Source: an uncultured Gammaproteobacteria bacterium
GTDB lineage: Bacteria > Patescibacteriota > Microgenomatia > UBA8517
NCBI GenBank assembly: GCA_965231135.1
Contig: OZ246419.1
Coordinates: forward strand, 184,754-248,753
Length of the DNA: 64,000 nucleotides
Reading direction: 5' to 3'
The position numbers and the translations under genes were made by a program. This document shows, piece after piece, positions 47,056-56,570 of the stretch (within the stretch, counting starts at the first letter, position 1; each line of letters begins with the position of its first letter). The notes beneath the pieces were generated by a model. That model saw only the letters and a list, made by a program, of their open reading frames with translations, made no database searches and had not been told where the DNA came from.

Positions 47056-48252
47056 ATGGCAGGAGATGTAAAACAACATTTTGATCGCAGCAAACCACAT
47101 GTCAACATTGGTACTATTGGCCACGTTGATCACGGAAAAACAACTTTAACTTCAGCAATTGCTACAGTTTTATCAAAGCAACCAGGAAACACATCAAAAG
47201 CTATGGCTTATGACCAAATCGATTCTTCTCCTGAAGAAAAAGCAAGAGGCGTCACCATTAACATTACGCACGTCGAATACGAAACAAAGAAAAGACATTA
47301 TGCTCATATCGATGCTCCAGGACATGCAGATTATATTAAGAACATGATTACAGGTGCAGCTCAAATGGACGGAGCAATCTTGGTTGTCTCAGCACCAGAT
47401 GGAGCAATGCCACAAACAAGAGAACACGTAATCCTTGCAAGACAAGTCAACGTTCCAGCACTTGTTGTAGCACTTAACAAAATTGATATGGTTCAAGATG
47501 AAGAGCTTGTACAATTGGTTGAAGATGATATCAGAAGCTTGCTTGAGAAATATCAATATCCAAAAGATACTCCAATAGTTAGAGTTTCAGCTCTTAAAGC
47601 ACTTGAAGGAGATAAAGATGCTGAAGCGCAGATCATGAAATTAATGGATACAGTTGATGAATATATTCCAGATCCAGTTCGAGAAACAGATAAACCTTTC
47701 TTAATGCCTGTTGAAGATGTCTTCTCTATAAAGGGGCGAGGAACAGTTGTTACCGGACGCGTTGAACGTGGAATGCTTAAAGTAAATGAAGAAGTTGAGA
47801 TTGTTGGAATTAAAGCAACTGCAAAATCAGTTGTTACGGGAATTGAAATGTTCCGCAAAACACTTGATGAAGCACAAGCTGGAGATAACACAGGACTTTT
47901 ACTTCGAGGAATTGAAAAAGATGATATAGAACGCGGACAAGTTTTGGCAAAGCCAGGCTCAATTACACCTCATACAGAATTTGATGCTGAAGTTTATATT
48001 CTTAGTAAAGAAGAGGGCGGACGCCATACACCATTCTTTACAGGATACAAACCACAATTTTACATTAGAACAGCTGATGTAACTGGAGAAGTCACACTTA
48101 ATGAAGGGGTTGAAATGATAGTGCCTGGAGATAATGCCAAAATGAAAGTTAAATTAATAGTCCCTGTAGCTATGGAAGAGGGACTACGCTTTGCAATTCG
48201 AGAAGGAAGCAAAACAGTAGGCGCTGGTGTTATCACCAAGATTATAGCCTAA
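47056..48252 (+). CDS. tuf: elongation factor Tu
   Basis: [19 protein letters not shown] and NKIDMV motifs, 398 aa. Confidence 0.95.
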   Translation: MAGDVKQHFDRSKPHVNIGTIGHVDHGKTTLTSAIATVLSKQPGNTSKAMAYDQIDSSPEEKARGVTINITHVEYETKKRHYAHIDAPGHADYIKNMITGAAQMDGAILVVSAPDGAMPQTREHVILARQVNVPALVVALNKIDMVQDEELVQLVEDDIRSLLEKYQYPKDTPIVRVSALKALEGDKDAEAQIMKLMDTVDEYIPDPVRETDKPFLMPVEDVFSIKGRGTVVTGRVERGMLKVNEEVEIVGIKATAKSVVTGIEMFRKTLDEAQAGDNTGLLLRGIEKDDIERGQVLAKPGSITPHTEFDAEVYILSKEEGGRHTPFFTGYKPQFYIRTADVTGEVTLNEGVEMIVPGDNAKMKVKLIVPVAMEEGLRFAIREGSKTVGAGVITKIIA

Positions 48253-48269
48253 GCACTTTAAAACGATTT

Positions 48270-48581
48270 ATGCCAGTTGGAAGACTTAGAGTCAAATTAA
48301 AAGCATATGATGCTCGCGTTCTAGATGAAGCAGCAAGTAAAATACTTGAGACTGCTATTGCAACCGGCGCAAAAATCGTTGGACCAATCCCCTTACCTAC
48401 AAAAAGAAGTATAGTTTCTATTGTGCCATCAACCTCAAGAGGAATTAAAAATCATCAAGATCATTATGAAATGTTAGTTCATAAAAGATTAATTGACATT
48501 GTGGATCCATCTGATCGTACAATTGATTCATTATCTAATTTAGATCTTCCAGCAGGTGTCTCCATTGAGATTAAGATGTAA
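48270..48581 (+). CDS. rpsJ: 30S ribosomal protein S10
   Basis: RLRVKLKAYD...GPIPLPT matches S10. Confidence 0.9.
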   Translation: MPVGRLRVKLKAYDARVLDEAASKILETAIATGAKIVGPIPLPTKRSIVSIVPSTSRGIKNHQDHYEMLVHKRLIDIVDPSDRTIDSLSNLDLPAGVSIEIKM

Positions 48582-48587
48582 GATTGC

Positions 48588-49022
48588 TTATATCTTAAAA
48601 TCCTTCTTAATTTTATTAAGTATTTTTTCTTTAATGATTGGAAAATTGACTATTTCTTGAGTGTATTGTTCTTTATTTAGGTCCGAAATTAGATTTCCAA
48701 AGCCAGACTTGCTTTGTTCTGATTTCTCTGGTCTAATTCCTGCAAAACCAACTGCTCCACAGTGAGGGCATGGTCCTTCTATCCACTCTTTGGCAGTACA
48801 TTTCCAGCATTTACCACATCTACAACAATCTCTTAATATGCATTCATCCGGACTGTTTGTATCTTTTATGCCACAAAAAGGTAAAACCTCTTTTGGTTTT
48901 GTCATGGTAGTTACAACTTTATTGCAATCTGGACAGACGCTTCCTGCTGGGAGAAATGCCCCGCATATTTGACAGAAAGATGTGTTGTCTAGTTTTTCTG
49001 AAGACATTTGATGATTATACAA
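48588..49022 (-). CDS. cysteine-rich small metal-binding protein (15 Cys) on the opposite strand to the flanking ribosomal genes
   Basis: CQIC...CPDC form a zinc-ribbon pair. A dense CILRDCCRCGKCWKC...CPHC cluster follows; it contains CxxCxxC...CP. Confidence 0.45.
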   Translation of the reverse strand: MYNHQMSSEKLDNTSFCQICGAFLPAGSVCPDCNKVVTTMTKPKEVLPFCGIKDTNSPDECILRDCCRCGKCWKCTAKEWIEGPCPHCGAVGFAGIRPEKSEQSKSGFGNLISDLNKEQYTQEIVNFPIIKEKILNKIKKDFKI

Positions 49023-49101
49023 TAAATCGAACTTAAATTCTATTATTATAGGTTTAAATAGAGTATTTTATTTTTTTGTAACGCATAGCATTTAGCCTTG
49101 C

Positions 49102-49130
49102 TTGCAAGCTTGCCTTCAGTTTGATATAAT
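49102..49130 (+). promoter_or_regulatory. promoter TTGCAA-17-TATAAT with an extended -10 (TGaTATAAT) for the rplC operon
   Basis: The -10 is at 49125-49130, preceded by TG at 49122-49123. Confidence 0.5.
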
Positions 49131-49201
49131 TTCACTTAATAAATGAGGAGGGGAACCGCCTAACTAACCTCGAGGTAGTCTTGATTTGAAACCAGTAACT
49201 G

Positions 49202-49224
49202 GGTGTCGACGAGACACCTTTTTT
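49202..49224 (+). terminator. hairpin ggtgtc-gacga-gacacc plus U6 in the rplC leader (candidate attenuator)
   Basis: 6-bp GC-rich stem and TTTTTT, lying 38 nt upstream of the rplC ATG. An orphan AGGAGG and a 6-codon mini-ORF (49143-49163) lie upstream in the same leader. Confidence 0.45.
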
Positions 49225-49261
49225 ATTGTCTCTAGCTAGGCATGTTAGCGTTACGACTAAT

Positions 49262-49930
49262 ATGATAAATAAAGTCCTTGGAATTAAAAAAGAAATGGGA
49301 GCTACTTTTAACGAAGGAGTAAGAGTTCCTGTGACTAAAGTTGCAATTGAAAATTGTGTTGTGACTGAAGTCAAAACACAAGACCGTGACGGCTACTGGT
49401 CAGTCCAACTTGGTGTAGGACACAAGAAAGCAAAGAATATTACCAAACCAATGAAAGGCCATCTTCTCAAAACAAAAGACGCAAAAGAAACTCCAAAATA
49501 TTTACCAAGATTTATTAAAGAAATAAGAACTCAAGAAGAACCTACGGAAAAAGTCGGAAATGAAATAAAAGCTTCCGACATTTTTGTTTCTGGAGATAAG
49601 GTTAGCGTTACTGGAGTTTCTAAGGGAAAAGGGTTTGCTGGAGGAGTTAAAAGGTGGCACTTTAGAGGAGGAAGCAAGACTCATGGACAATCAGACCGTT
49701 GGAGAGCACCAGGATCAATTGGACAAGGAACAACTCCAGGAAGAGTTTATAAAGGCAAACACATGGCAGGACACATGGGAGTAGAACAAATAAAAGTTAA
49801 AGGACTCAAAATAGTTTCAGTTGATGCAGAAAAGAATGAAATACTTGTAAGCGGAGCAATTCCAGGAACAGTCGGAGGTTTAGTAATTCTTGAAAGAATT
49901 GGAGAAAGAAAGGAACAAGCAAATGCTTAA
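49262..49930 (+). CDS. rplC: 50S ribosomal protein L3
   Basis: MINKVLGIKKEMG...VPVTKV...GKGFAGGVKRW. The start is taken at the internal ATG at 49262. Confidence 0.9.
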   Translation: MINKVLGIKKEMGATFNEGVRVPVTKVAIENCVVTEVKTQDRDGYWSVQLGVGHKKAKNITKPMKGHLLKTKDAKETPKYLPRFIKEIRTQEEPTEKVGNEIKASDIFVSGDKVSVTGVSKGKGFAGGVKRWHFRGGSKTHGQSDRWRAPGSIGQGTTPGRVYKGKHMAGHMGVEQIKVKGLKIVSVDAEKNEILVSGAIPGTVGGLVILERIGERKEQANA

Positions 49931-50555
49931 AGTAGATTCATATTCAGCAAAAGGAATTAAAGGGACAACACAGGTAAACTTGCCAAAAGAATGGGAAGCT
50001 GAAGCAAACGAAAGTTTACTTGCACAAGCAATTCGAGTTTACGATGACCGAAATCATATTGGACTTCGTAAAGCAAAAACTCGAGCTGAAGTTTTAAGAA
50101 CTGGTAAAAAACTTTACAGCCAGAAAGGAACTGGAGGAGCAAGACATGGATCAAGAAGAGCACCTGTATTTGTTGGCGGAGGAGTCGCTTTAGGACCTCG
50201 ACCAGTAAAAAGAGAATTAACTTTATCGACAGCTTTGAAGCGAAAAGCAATTGCTGTAACGATGACAATGGCTGTTAAAGAAAAAAGAGTGATAGTAAGT
50301 GATATGAATTTTGCTAAGACAAAAGACGCAAATAATTTTATTGAAAAAGTTTTAGGAAAAAATACAAAGATGGTTACTTTTGTAATTGCAAAAGATAACT
50401 TTAAAAATGAAAAGTTTTTAAGAAATATAGAAAAAGCACGAGTAAATGTTTTTCCAAGCATTAATGCATATGATATTTATTTTGGAGGAAATATAGTTTT
50501 GGACAAAGCAATTTTTGGAAAAGAAGAAAAGAAAGGAAAACAAATAAGCAAATAA
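49923..50555 (+). CDS. rplD: 50S ribosomal protein L4
   Basis: KGTGGARHGSRRAPVFVGGG. The ATG at 49923 overlaps the rplC stop. Confidence 0.85.
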   Translation: MLKVDSYSAKGIKGTTQVNLPKEWEAEANESLLAQAIRVYDDRNHIGLRKAKTRAEVLRTGKKLYSQKGTGGARHGSRRAPVFVGGGVALGPRPVKRELTLSTALKRKAIAVTMTMAVKEKRVIVSDMNFAKTKDANNFIEKVLGKNTKMVTFVIAKDNFKNEKFLRNIEKARVNVFPSINAYDIYFGGNIVLDKAIFGKEEKKGKQISK

Positions 50556-50567
50556 GAATTTGCTTGT
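50544..50567 (+). repeat. long variant of the stop-embedded hairpin, ATAAGCAAATAAGAATTTGCTTGT, followed by GATTACA (rplD-rplW spacer)
   Basis: 10-bp stem with an AAGA loop. The rplD TAA stop is in the stem. An identical 24-mer sits at 55131-55154. Confidence 0.55.
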
Positions 50568-50579
50568 GACGATTACATC

Positions 50580-50903
50580 ATGAAAATAATGCCAATAATG
50601 ACAGAAAAATCAATGAAGTTATCTAAAAATAATATTTATACTTTTTGGATGCCTGTAGCATTAACCAAAACAGAAATTAAAAATTTGATTGCTAAGAATT
50701 TTAAGGTTGAAGTAGTTGACATCAAAACCGTTAATTATAAAGCTCGCAAACACAGGAATATGAGAGGACAAGAGCAGAAAGTAAAAGCAGCCAAGAAAGC
50801 AATTGTAGTTTTGAAAGAAGGACAAAAGCTTGATTTTTTTGAAGAGGAAAAGAAAGTAACAAAGAAAGCTAAAACAAAAACAAAGAAAGAAGGTACAAAA
50901 TGA
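50580..50903 (+). CDS. rplW: 50S ribosomal protein L23
   Basis: The 107-aa protein matches the L23 family. It has a Lys-rich tail. Confidence 0.85.
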   Translation: MKIMPIMTEKSMKLSKNNIYTFWMPVALTKTEIKNLIAKNFKVEVVDIKTVNYKARKHRNMRGQEQKVKAAKKAIVVLKEGQKLDFFEEEKKVTKKAKTKTKKEGTK

Positions 50904-51667
50904 TAATAGGGAGTTTATCGAAGCGCCGCTTCGTATTAAAGAAACATTCCGGAAGATCTAAAGGAAAAGTTACTGTTCGCCATCAAGGAGGACGAAACAA
51001 AAGATTTTTCAGAGAAATTGATTTTAACAGGCATATTAAAGAAGGGGTCCAGGGAACTGTAGTTGCAATTGAGGTTGATCCAAATCGAAATGCAAGGATA
51101 GCACTTGTCCATTATACAGACGGAGATAAAAGATATATAATTGCACCTAATGGCCTTAAAATTGGGCAGAAAGTAATGGCTAGCGAAAATGCATCTCTTG
51201 AAATAGGAAATGCAACAGCCCTTTCTAAAATCATTATTGGTACACAAATACACAATATTGAAATAAGTCCAAATAAAGGCGGACAGATTGTAAGAGGAGC
51301 AGGATCAGTTGCGATTTTACAAGGAAAAGAAGATTATTATGTCTTGGTTAAAATGCCAAGCGGGGAAATTAAAAGATTTAATCCGCAGTCATGGGCGAGC
51401 ATTGGACAGGTTGGAAATATTGAGGTTGCAAACCAAAGAATTCGAAAAGCTGGAATTAACATAAGACGAGGAATACGACCGACAGTAAGAGGAGTTGCTC
51501 AAGATCCTCATTCTCATCCACACGGAGGGGGAGAAGGAAGAAGCGGAGTTGGACTTAAATATCCAAAGACCCCTTGGGGAAAGCCAGCTGTTGGAAAAAC
51601 AAGACGACATGGTAAATATTCTGATAAACTTGTTGTTTCAGGACGAAAGTTAGGAAAACATCATTAA
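50900..51667 (+). CDS. rplB: 50S ribosomal protein L2
   Basis: [12 protein letters not shown]...PHGGGEGR. Confidence 0.9.
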   Translation: MIIGSLSKRRFVLKKHSGRSKGKVTVRHQGGRNKRFFREIDFNRHIKEGVQGTVVAIEVDPNRNARIALVHYTDGDKRYIIAPNGLKIGQKVMASENASLEIGNATALSKIIIGTQIHNIEISPNKGGQIVRGAGSVAILQGKEDYYVLVKMPSGEIKRFNPQSWASIGQVGNIEVANQRIRKAGINIRRGIRPTVRGVAQDPHSHPHGGGEGRSGVGLKYPKTPWGKPAVGKTRRHGKYSDKLVVSGRKLGKHH

Positions 51668-51668
51668 T

Positions 51669-51950
51669 ATGAGCAGAAGTAGTAAAAAAGGACCATACGT
51701 AGACGATAGACTTTTAAAGAAGGTCGACAAGGGTATGGGAACAAAAGGAAATGCAATTAAGACTTGGAGCCGTGATAGCCAAATCCCACCAGCATTTGTT
51801 GGAAAGTATTTCCAAGTACATAATGGTCATATTTTTATTGAAGTATTTATAAGCGAAGATATGGTAGGACATCGCCTTGGTGAATTTTCACCAACACGTA
51901 CATTCCATGGACATGGACAAATTGTGAAGAGAACAATGGATAAGACATAA
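51669..51950 (+). CDS. rpsS: 30S ribosomal protein S19
   Basis: SKKGPYVD...HNGH...VGHRLGEF. Confidence 0.9.
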   Translation: MSRSSKKGPYVDDRLLKKVDKGMGTKGNAIKTWSRDSQIPPAFVGKYFQVHNGHIFIEVFISEDMVGHRLGEFSPTRTFHGHGQIVKRTMDKT

Positions 51951-51958
51951 GGAGAAAT

Positions 51959-52375
51959 ATGGCAGAATATATAGCAACACAAAAATTTTTAAGAATGAGT
52001 CCTAAGAAAATTAGGATAGTAGTTGATGCAGTTAAAAAGATGAAACCAACCCAAGCTGTTGAAGTCTTGCTTTATGTAAATAAAAGAGCAAGCGAGCCTG
52101 TACAAAAAACTATAAAGACAGCAATTGCCAATGCACGAATGCAGGGAGCAAATGTTGAGGAATTGGTTTTTAAAGAGATACAAATTGGACAAGGGCCAAC
52201 ACTTAAGCGAGGTATGGCAGCTCCTCGCGGACGATATCATCCGATTATGAAACGCATGAGCCATATTCGAGTCGTGTTGCAAACAAAGCCAGTTGAAGTT
52301 AAGAAATTGGAAGAGAAAAAAGTTGAAGAGCCAAAGAAAGAAGTTAAGAAAACAGTAAAGAAAGGAAAAAAATAA
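51959..52375 (+). CDS. rplV: 50S ribosomal protein L22 (Lys-rich C-terminal tail)
   Basis: AEYIATQKFLRMSPKKIRIVVD...GPTLKRGMA. Confidence 0.85.
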   Translation: MAEYIATQKFLRMSPKKIRIVVDAVKKMKPTQAVEVLLYVNKRASEPVQKTIKTAIANARMQGANVEELVFKEIQIGQGPTLKRGMAAPRGRYHPIMKRMSHIRVVLQTKPVEVKKLEEKKVEEPKKEVKKTVKKGKK

Positions 52376-52376
52376 A

Positions 52377-53027
52377 ATGGGACAGAAAGTTAATCCAATA
52401 GGATTTAGAACAGGAAGATTTATATCCTGGAAATCAAGATGGTTTGATGAGGGAACTGATTATAAGAACTTTTTGGTTGAGGATGTAAAACTACGCGAAA
52501 TGTTAATGGAAAAATTGAAGCTTGCTGGAATAGAAACCGTTGAAATTGAAAGATTGCCAAAGGCAATTGTTATAACTCTTTATGTAGCAAGACCTGGAGT
52601 TGTTATCGGACGAGGCGGAAGCGGAATTGAAGAGATTAAAAAGCAAGTTGTTGCTTTGATGAGAACATTAAGGGGCGGAAAAGCAGTACAAACGAAAATT
52701 GATTTACATGTAAATGAAATCAAAAATCCAGATTTGAGCGCTTATTTAGTAGCTGGCAGAGTTATTTCAGATCTTGAACGCCGTATGCCATCAAGAAGAG
52801 TTGCTACAAAAGCGATGGAAAAAGTAATGCAATCTGGAGCTAAGGGAGTAAAAATAGTTTTTGCAGGACGTGTTAATGGAGCTGATATCGGACGTACTGA
52901 AGCTTATCATGTAGGAAGCGTCCCAACTCAAACATTAAGAAAAGAAATTGATTATGCAGAAATGCCAGCGCTTTTGAAAAGAGGATATGTAGGAGTTAAG
53001 GTTTGGATTTATAAGGAGGAAAAATAA
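52377..53027 (+). CDS. rpsC: 30S ribosomal protein S3
   Basis: MGQKVNPIGFR has the KH fold, and GRGGSGIEEIKK follows. Confidence 0.9.
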   Translation: MGQKVNPIGFRTGRFISWKSRWFDEGTDYKNFLVEDVKLREMLMEKLKLAGIETVEIERLPKAIVITLYVARPGVVIGRGGSGIEEIKKQVVALMRTLRGGKAVQTKIDLHVNEIKNPDLSAYLVAGRVISDLERRMPSRRVATKAMEKVMQSGAKGVKIVFAGRVNGADIGRTEAYHVGSVPTQTLRKEIDYAEMPALLKRGYVGVKVWIYKEEK

Positions 53028-53039
53028 GCGAAAGCTTGT
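53024..53039 (+). repeat. stop-embedded hairpin ATAAGC-GAAA-GCTTGT at the rpsC 3' end
   Basis: 6-bp stem with a GAAA tetraloop. The rpsC TAA lies inside the 5' arm. Confidence 0.5.
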
Positions 53040-53049
53040 GTAAACATAA

Positions 53050-53463
53050 ATGTTACAGCCAAAAAGAAGTAAATATCGAAAAGCATTTAGAGGAAGAAGA
53101 AGAGGATTATCCTCAAGAGGATCGACACTTGCTTTTGGAGAATTTGGAATTAAAGCATTAGAACATTCTTGGATGAGTGCAGCACAGATGGAAGCAGTAA
53201 GGCGCACTGTAACAGGAGATATGAAGAGAAAAGGAAGAGTATGGTTAAGAGTCTTTCCTGATAAGCCAGTTACTGCACGCGCTGCAGGACAACGTATGGG
53301 AAGCGGAAAAGGAGAGATTGACAGGTATGTTATGGTTGTAAGACCAGGAAGAATGATTTTGGAAGTTGCAGGAGTTGATGAATTAACAGCACGCAAAGCT
53401 TTAAGAGGCGCAACTTATAAAATGCCTTTTAAATCAAGAATTATTGCGAAGGGAGAACTTTAA
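53050..53463 (+). CDS. rplP: 50S ribosomal protein L16
   Basis: MLQPKRSKYRK...RMGSGKGEID. Confidence 0.9.
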   Translation: MLQPKRSKYRKAFRGRRRGLSSRGSTLAFGEFGIKALEHSWMSAAQMEAVRRTVTGDMKRKGRVWLRVFPDKPVTARAAGQRMGSGKGEIDRYVMVVRPGRMILEVAGVDELTARKALRGATYKMPFKSRIIAKGEL

Positions 53464-53467
53464 AGAT

Positions 53468-53677
53468 ATGAAAGCAAAAGAATTAAAAGATTTGAGAACA
53501 AAAGAAAAAAGCGAATTATTGAAAATGGTTAGGAGCGCAAAAATGGAACTTATTAATTTAACAGGAAAAATGTATGCAGGAAAAGAAAAGAATTTAAAGA
53601 AAACTAGAAATATGAGAAAAGAAATTGCACAATTATTAACAATTGCAAAAGAGATGAAGGAGGTAAAGAAAAAATAA
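53468..53677 (+). CDS. rpmC: 50S ribosomal protein L29
   Basis: MKAKELKDL...ELINL. The ATG lies 4 nt after the rplP stop. Confidence 0.8.
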   Translation: MKAKELKDLRTKEKSELLKMVRSAKMELINLTGKMYAGKEKNLKKTRNMRKEIAQLLTIAKEMKEVKKK

Positions 53678-53680
53678 AGT

Positions 53681-53911
53681 ATGAAAATATTTACAGGAAA
53701 AGTAGTAGCAACTAAGAATGCAAAGACGGCAACTATTGAAGTTGAACGTTTTGTAACGCATCCAATATATGACAAGAAAATTAAAAGATCACGAACTTTC
53801 CAAGTTCATGATGAAATTGGAGTAAATGTTGGGGATGTTGTGAATTTTATAGCGAGTAAACCACATAGCAAGACAAAAAAGTGGGAAATTTATGTGGAGG
53901 GTAAGAAATGA
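53681..53911 (+). CDS. rpsQ: 30S ribosomal protein S17
   Basis: GKVVATKNAKTATIEVER...NVGDVV. Confidence 0.85.
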   Translation: MKIFTGKVVATKNAKTATIEVERFVTHPIYDKKIKRSRTFQVHDEIGVNVGDVVNFIASKPHSKTKKWEIYVEGKK

Positions 53912-54273
53912 TATATCTAAGAACAGTTTTAAATCCAGCTGACAATAGCGGTGCTAAAAAATTAATGGTAATGGGAGTTCCTGGAAGACTTGGAAAGAAA
54001 GCTCATTTAGGACAAGTTGTGAAATGTGTTGTCCATGGAGCTGATTCTGCCGGAGTGGTTCTTGATCAGGAAAAAGTAAATGTTGTGATTGTACGAACAC
54101 ACAAAGAAACAAGAAGAGCTGATGGGACTTATGTACGATTTGATGATAATGCAGGGGTTGTTATTGATAAAGACGGATTACCAAGAGGGACTAGAATTTT
54201 GGGGCCTATTGCAAGAGAAGTTAAAGAAGCTGGATATACAAAAATTGCATCTTTAGCAAGGGAGGTTATTTAA
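53908..54273 (+). CDS. rplN: 50S ribosomal protein L14
   Basis: MIYLRTVLNPADNSGAKK. Confidence 0.9.
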   Translation: MIYLRTVLNPADNSGAKKLMVMGVPGRLGKKAHLGQVVKCVVHGADSAGVVLDQEKVNVVIVRTHKETRRADGTYVRFDDNAGVVIDKDGLPRGTRILGPIAREVKEAGYTKIASLAREVI

Positions 54274-54585
54274 ATGTTTAAATTTAAAAAAGGAGACGAA
54301 GTTAAAATTACAGCTGGAAAAGATAAAGGAAAGACGGGAAAAATTGAACAAGTAATGCCAAAAAAATCTGCTGTCTTAGTTCCTGGAGTAAATATTTACA
54401 AGAAACATGTTAAAGCGCAGCTTACAGCTGACGGAAAAGGTGGAGTTTATGAACTTTCCAGACCTTTAACACTTGGAAAAATTGCTTTAATTTGCCCAAA
54501 TTGTAAAAAAATTACAAGAGTTGGAGTAAAGATTGTTGATGGTAAGAAGGTTCGAATTTGTAGAAAGTGCGGGAAAACTATATGA
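54274..54585 (+). CDS. rplX: 50S ribosomal protein L24 with a C-terminal CxxC...CxxC zinc ribbon
   Basis: KOW motif KKGDEVKITAGKDKGKTGKI, with a tail reading CPNCKK...CRKCGK. Confidence 0.85.
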   Translation: MFKFKKGDEVKITAGKDKGKTGKIEQVMPKKSAVLVPGVNIYKKHVKAQLTADGKGGVYELSRPLTLGKIALICPNCKKITRVGVKIVDGKKVRICRKCGKTI

Positions 54586-55142
54586 GTTTACAAGAAGATT
54601 ATAAAAAAACAATTAAAGATGAGTTAGTTAAAGAATTTGCTATTAAAAATGTGATGGCAATTCCAAAATTGACTAAAATTGTTGTGAACTGCGGAACTGG
54701 AGAAGCTTTGAAGAGTAAAGAAATTGCAACACAAATTGCAGAAGATTTAGCAACAATTACTGGGCAAAAAGTAAAAATTACTAAAGCAAGAGTTTCGATT
54801 GCAGGATTTAATTTGAGACTTGGAATGAATGTGGGAATGGTTGTGACACTTCGCGGAAAGCGAATGTATGATTTTTACGAAAAATTGGTTAAAATAGTGC
54901 TTCCAAGACTAAGAGATTTTAGAGGAGTGCCTTTGAAAAGTTTTGATCAGGCAGGAAATTATACTTTGGGAATTGTAGAGCATACAGTTTTTCCTGAAAT
55001 TGATTTGGCAAAAGTTACAAATCCACGAGGAATGGAAATCACTTTTGTAACAAATGTAAAAAATGTAGAGCAATCGAGAAAATTATTGGAATTAATGGGA
55101 ATGCCGTTTGAAAAACTTGAAAGGAGAAATATAAGCAAATAA
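54582..55142 (+). CDS. rplE: 50S ribosomal protein L5
   Basis: PKLTKIVVNCGTGEA...GMEITFVT. Confidence 0.9.
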   Translation: MSLQEDYKKTIKDELVKEFAIKNVMAIPKLTKIVVNCGTGEALKSKEIATQIAEDLATITGQKVKITKARVSIAGFNLRLGMNVGMVVTLRGKRMYDFYEKLVKIVLPRLRDFRGVPLKSFDQAGNYTLGIVEHTVFPEIDLAKVTNPRGMEITFVTNVKNVEQSRKLLELMGMPFEKLERRNISK

Positions 55143-55154
55143 GAATTTGCTTGT
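55131..55154 (+). repeat. second copy of the long stop-embedded hairpin ATAAGCAAATAAGAATTTGCTTGT, followed by GATTACA (rplE-rpsN spacer)
   Basis: Identical 24-mer to 50544-50567. The rplE TAA is in the stem. Confidence 0.55.
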
Positions 55155-55168
55155 AATTGATTACAATT

Positions 55169-55354
55169 ATGGCAACAACAGCTAAAGAAGTAAGAGAACA
55201 TAAAAAATTAAAGTACAAGGTTCAATACAGAAACCGATGTAGGCTTTGTGGCCGAAGCCGTGGTTATATGAGAAAATTCGGAATTTGCAGACTTTGTTTT
55301 AGGGAACTTGCCAATAAAGGCGAAATTCCAGGAGTTAGAAAGGCGTCTTGGTAA
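55169..55354 (+). CDS. rpsN: 30S ribosomal protein S14, zinc-binding Z-type
   Basis: 61 aa with CRLCGR...CRLCFRE. The start is taken at the ATG at 55169. Confidence 0.85.
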   Translation: MATTAKEVREHKKLKYKVQYRNRCRLCGRSRGYMRKFGICRLCFRELANKGEIPGVRKASW

Positions 55355-55355
55355 T

Positions 55356-55736
55356 ATGGTAAATTATACAGTTGGAGATTTTTTAATTAGAGTAAAGAAT
55401 GCAGCAAGAGCTGATCGCACTGATTTAACAGTTAATTCGACAAAGCTTGTAAAAGCAATTGCAGAATGTTTAAAAACTGAAGGATTTTTGAGCGAGGTTT
55501 CTGTAAATGAAGGAAAATTAACAGCAAAAATTGCAATTTCTCATAAGAAACCAGTTTTGATGGATCTTACACTTATTTCAAAACCAGGACTACGCGTTTA
55601 TCGCAATATCGATGAACTAAAACTTAGAAAGAAAGGATCGTCAATATTAATTTTAACGACACCAAAAGGAATTATTTCAAATAAAAAAGCAATTAAAGAG
55701 AATGTTGGTGGAGAAGTAATCGCGGAGATTTGGTAA
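55356..55736 (+). CDS. rpsH: 30S ribosomal protein S8
   Basis: DFLIRVKNA...LILTTPKGI. The ATG lies 2 nt after the rpsN stop. Confidence 0.85.
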   Translation: MVNYTVGDFLIRVKNAARADRTDLTVNSTKLVKAIAECLKTEGFLSEVSVNEGKLTAKIAISHKKPVLMDLTLISKPGLRVYRNIDELKLRKKGSSILILTTPKGIISNKKAIKENVGGEVIAEIW

Positions 55737-55737
55737 T

Positions 55738-56289
55738 ATGTCAAAATTTGCAAAAAGACCAGTAACAATACCAGCAGGAGTTCAAATTCAATTGGATTCC
55801 AATAAGATTAAAGTAACCGGAGCAAAAGGAAATCTTGAAAGAGAAATTCCAGAAACTGTTCAGGTTTCTATGAAAGAAAATGAATTAAGTTTTGGTTCAA
55901 AAGAAAAGACAGAAACTAAATTTGGAAGAAGCATACTTGGAACTACAAAAAGCCATGTAGTTAACATGATTGAGGGAGTTACTAATGGATTTAATAAAAA
56001 GCTTGAATTGCAAGGAACAGGATACCGCGCGGAAGTAAGAGGAAATGATTTGGTTTTGACAATTGGATTTTCTCACCCAGTTACTTTTACTGCACCAACT
56101 AATGTGAAATTTGTAGTAGAAAAAAATGTTGTTACTGTTGAAGGAATTGATCTTAATACAGTTACACAACTTGCAGCAAATATAAGACGTGCAAAAGAAC
56201 CAGATCCATACAAAGGAAAAGGAATAAGATATTTGGGAGAAGTTTTGAAGTTGAAACCTGGAAAACAGGCAGCAAAGACAGCAGCTTAA
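55738..56289 (+). CDS. rplF: 50S ribosomal protein L6
   Basis: [14 protein letters not shown] and the two-domain L6 pattern. Confidence 0.9.
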   Translation: MSKFAKRPVTIPAGVQIQLDSNKIKVTGAKGNLEREIPETVQVSMKENELSFGSKEKTETKFGRSILGTTKSHVVNMIEGVTNGFNKKLELQGTGYRAEVRGNDLVLTIGFSHPVTFTAPTNVKFVVEKNVVTVEGIDLNTVTQLAANIRRAKEPDPYKGKGIRYLGEVLKLKPGKQAAKTAA

Positions 56290-56299
56290 ATTTAATACT

Positions 56300-56569
56300 A
56301 TGAAAAAAACTAACAAAACTGAACAAAGATTTAGACTTAGTGTATTTAGAAGTAATAAATTTATTTATGCTCAAGTGATTGATGATATTAAAGGACATAC
56401 AATTGCAGCAGCAAAAGGAACTGATGCAGTAAAAGTTGGAGAGGAAGTTGCAGAAAAAGCAATTAAGGCAAAAGCTAAAAAGATTACATATGACAGACGC
56501 AAATATAGATATCATGGAAAAGTTAAAGCTTTGGCTGATGCAGCTCGTGCGAAAGGATTAGAATTTTAA
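56300..56569 (+). CDS. rplR: 50S ribosomal protein L18 (short)
   Basis: [18 protein letters not shown], 89 aa. Confidence 0.85.
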   Translation: MKKTNKTEQRFRLSVFRSNKFIYAQVIDDIKGHTIAAAKGTDAVKVGEEVAEKAIKAKAKKITYDRRKYRYHGKVKALADAARAKGLEF

Positions 56570-56570
56570 T

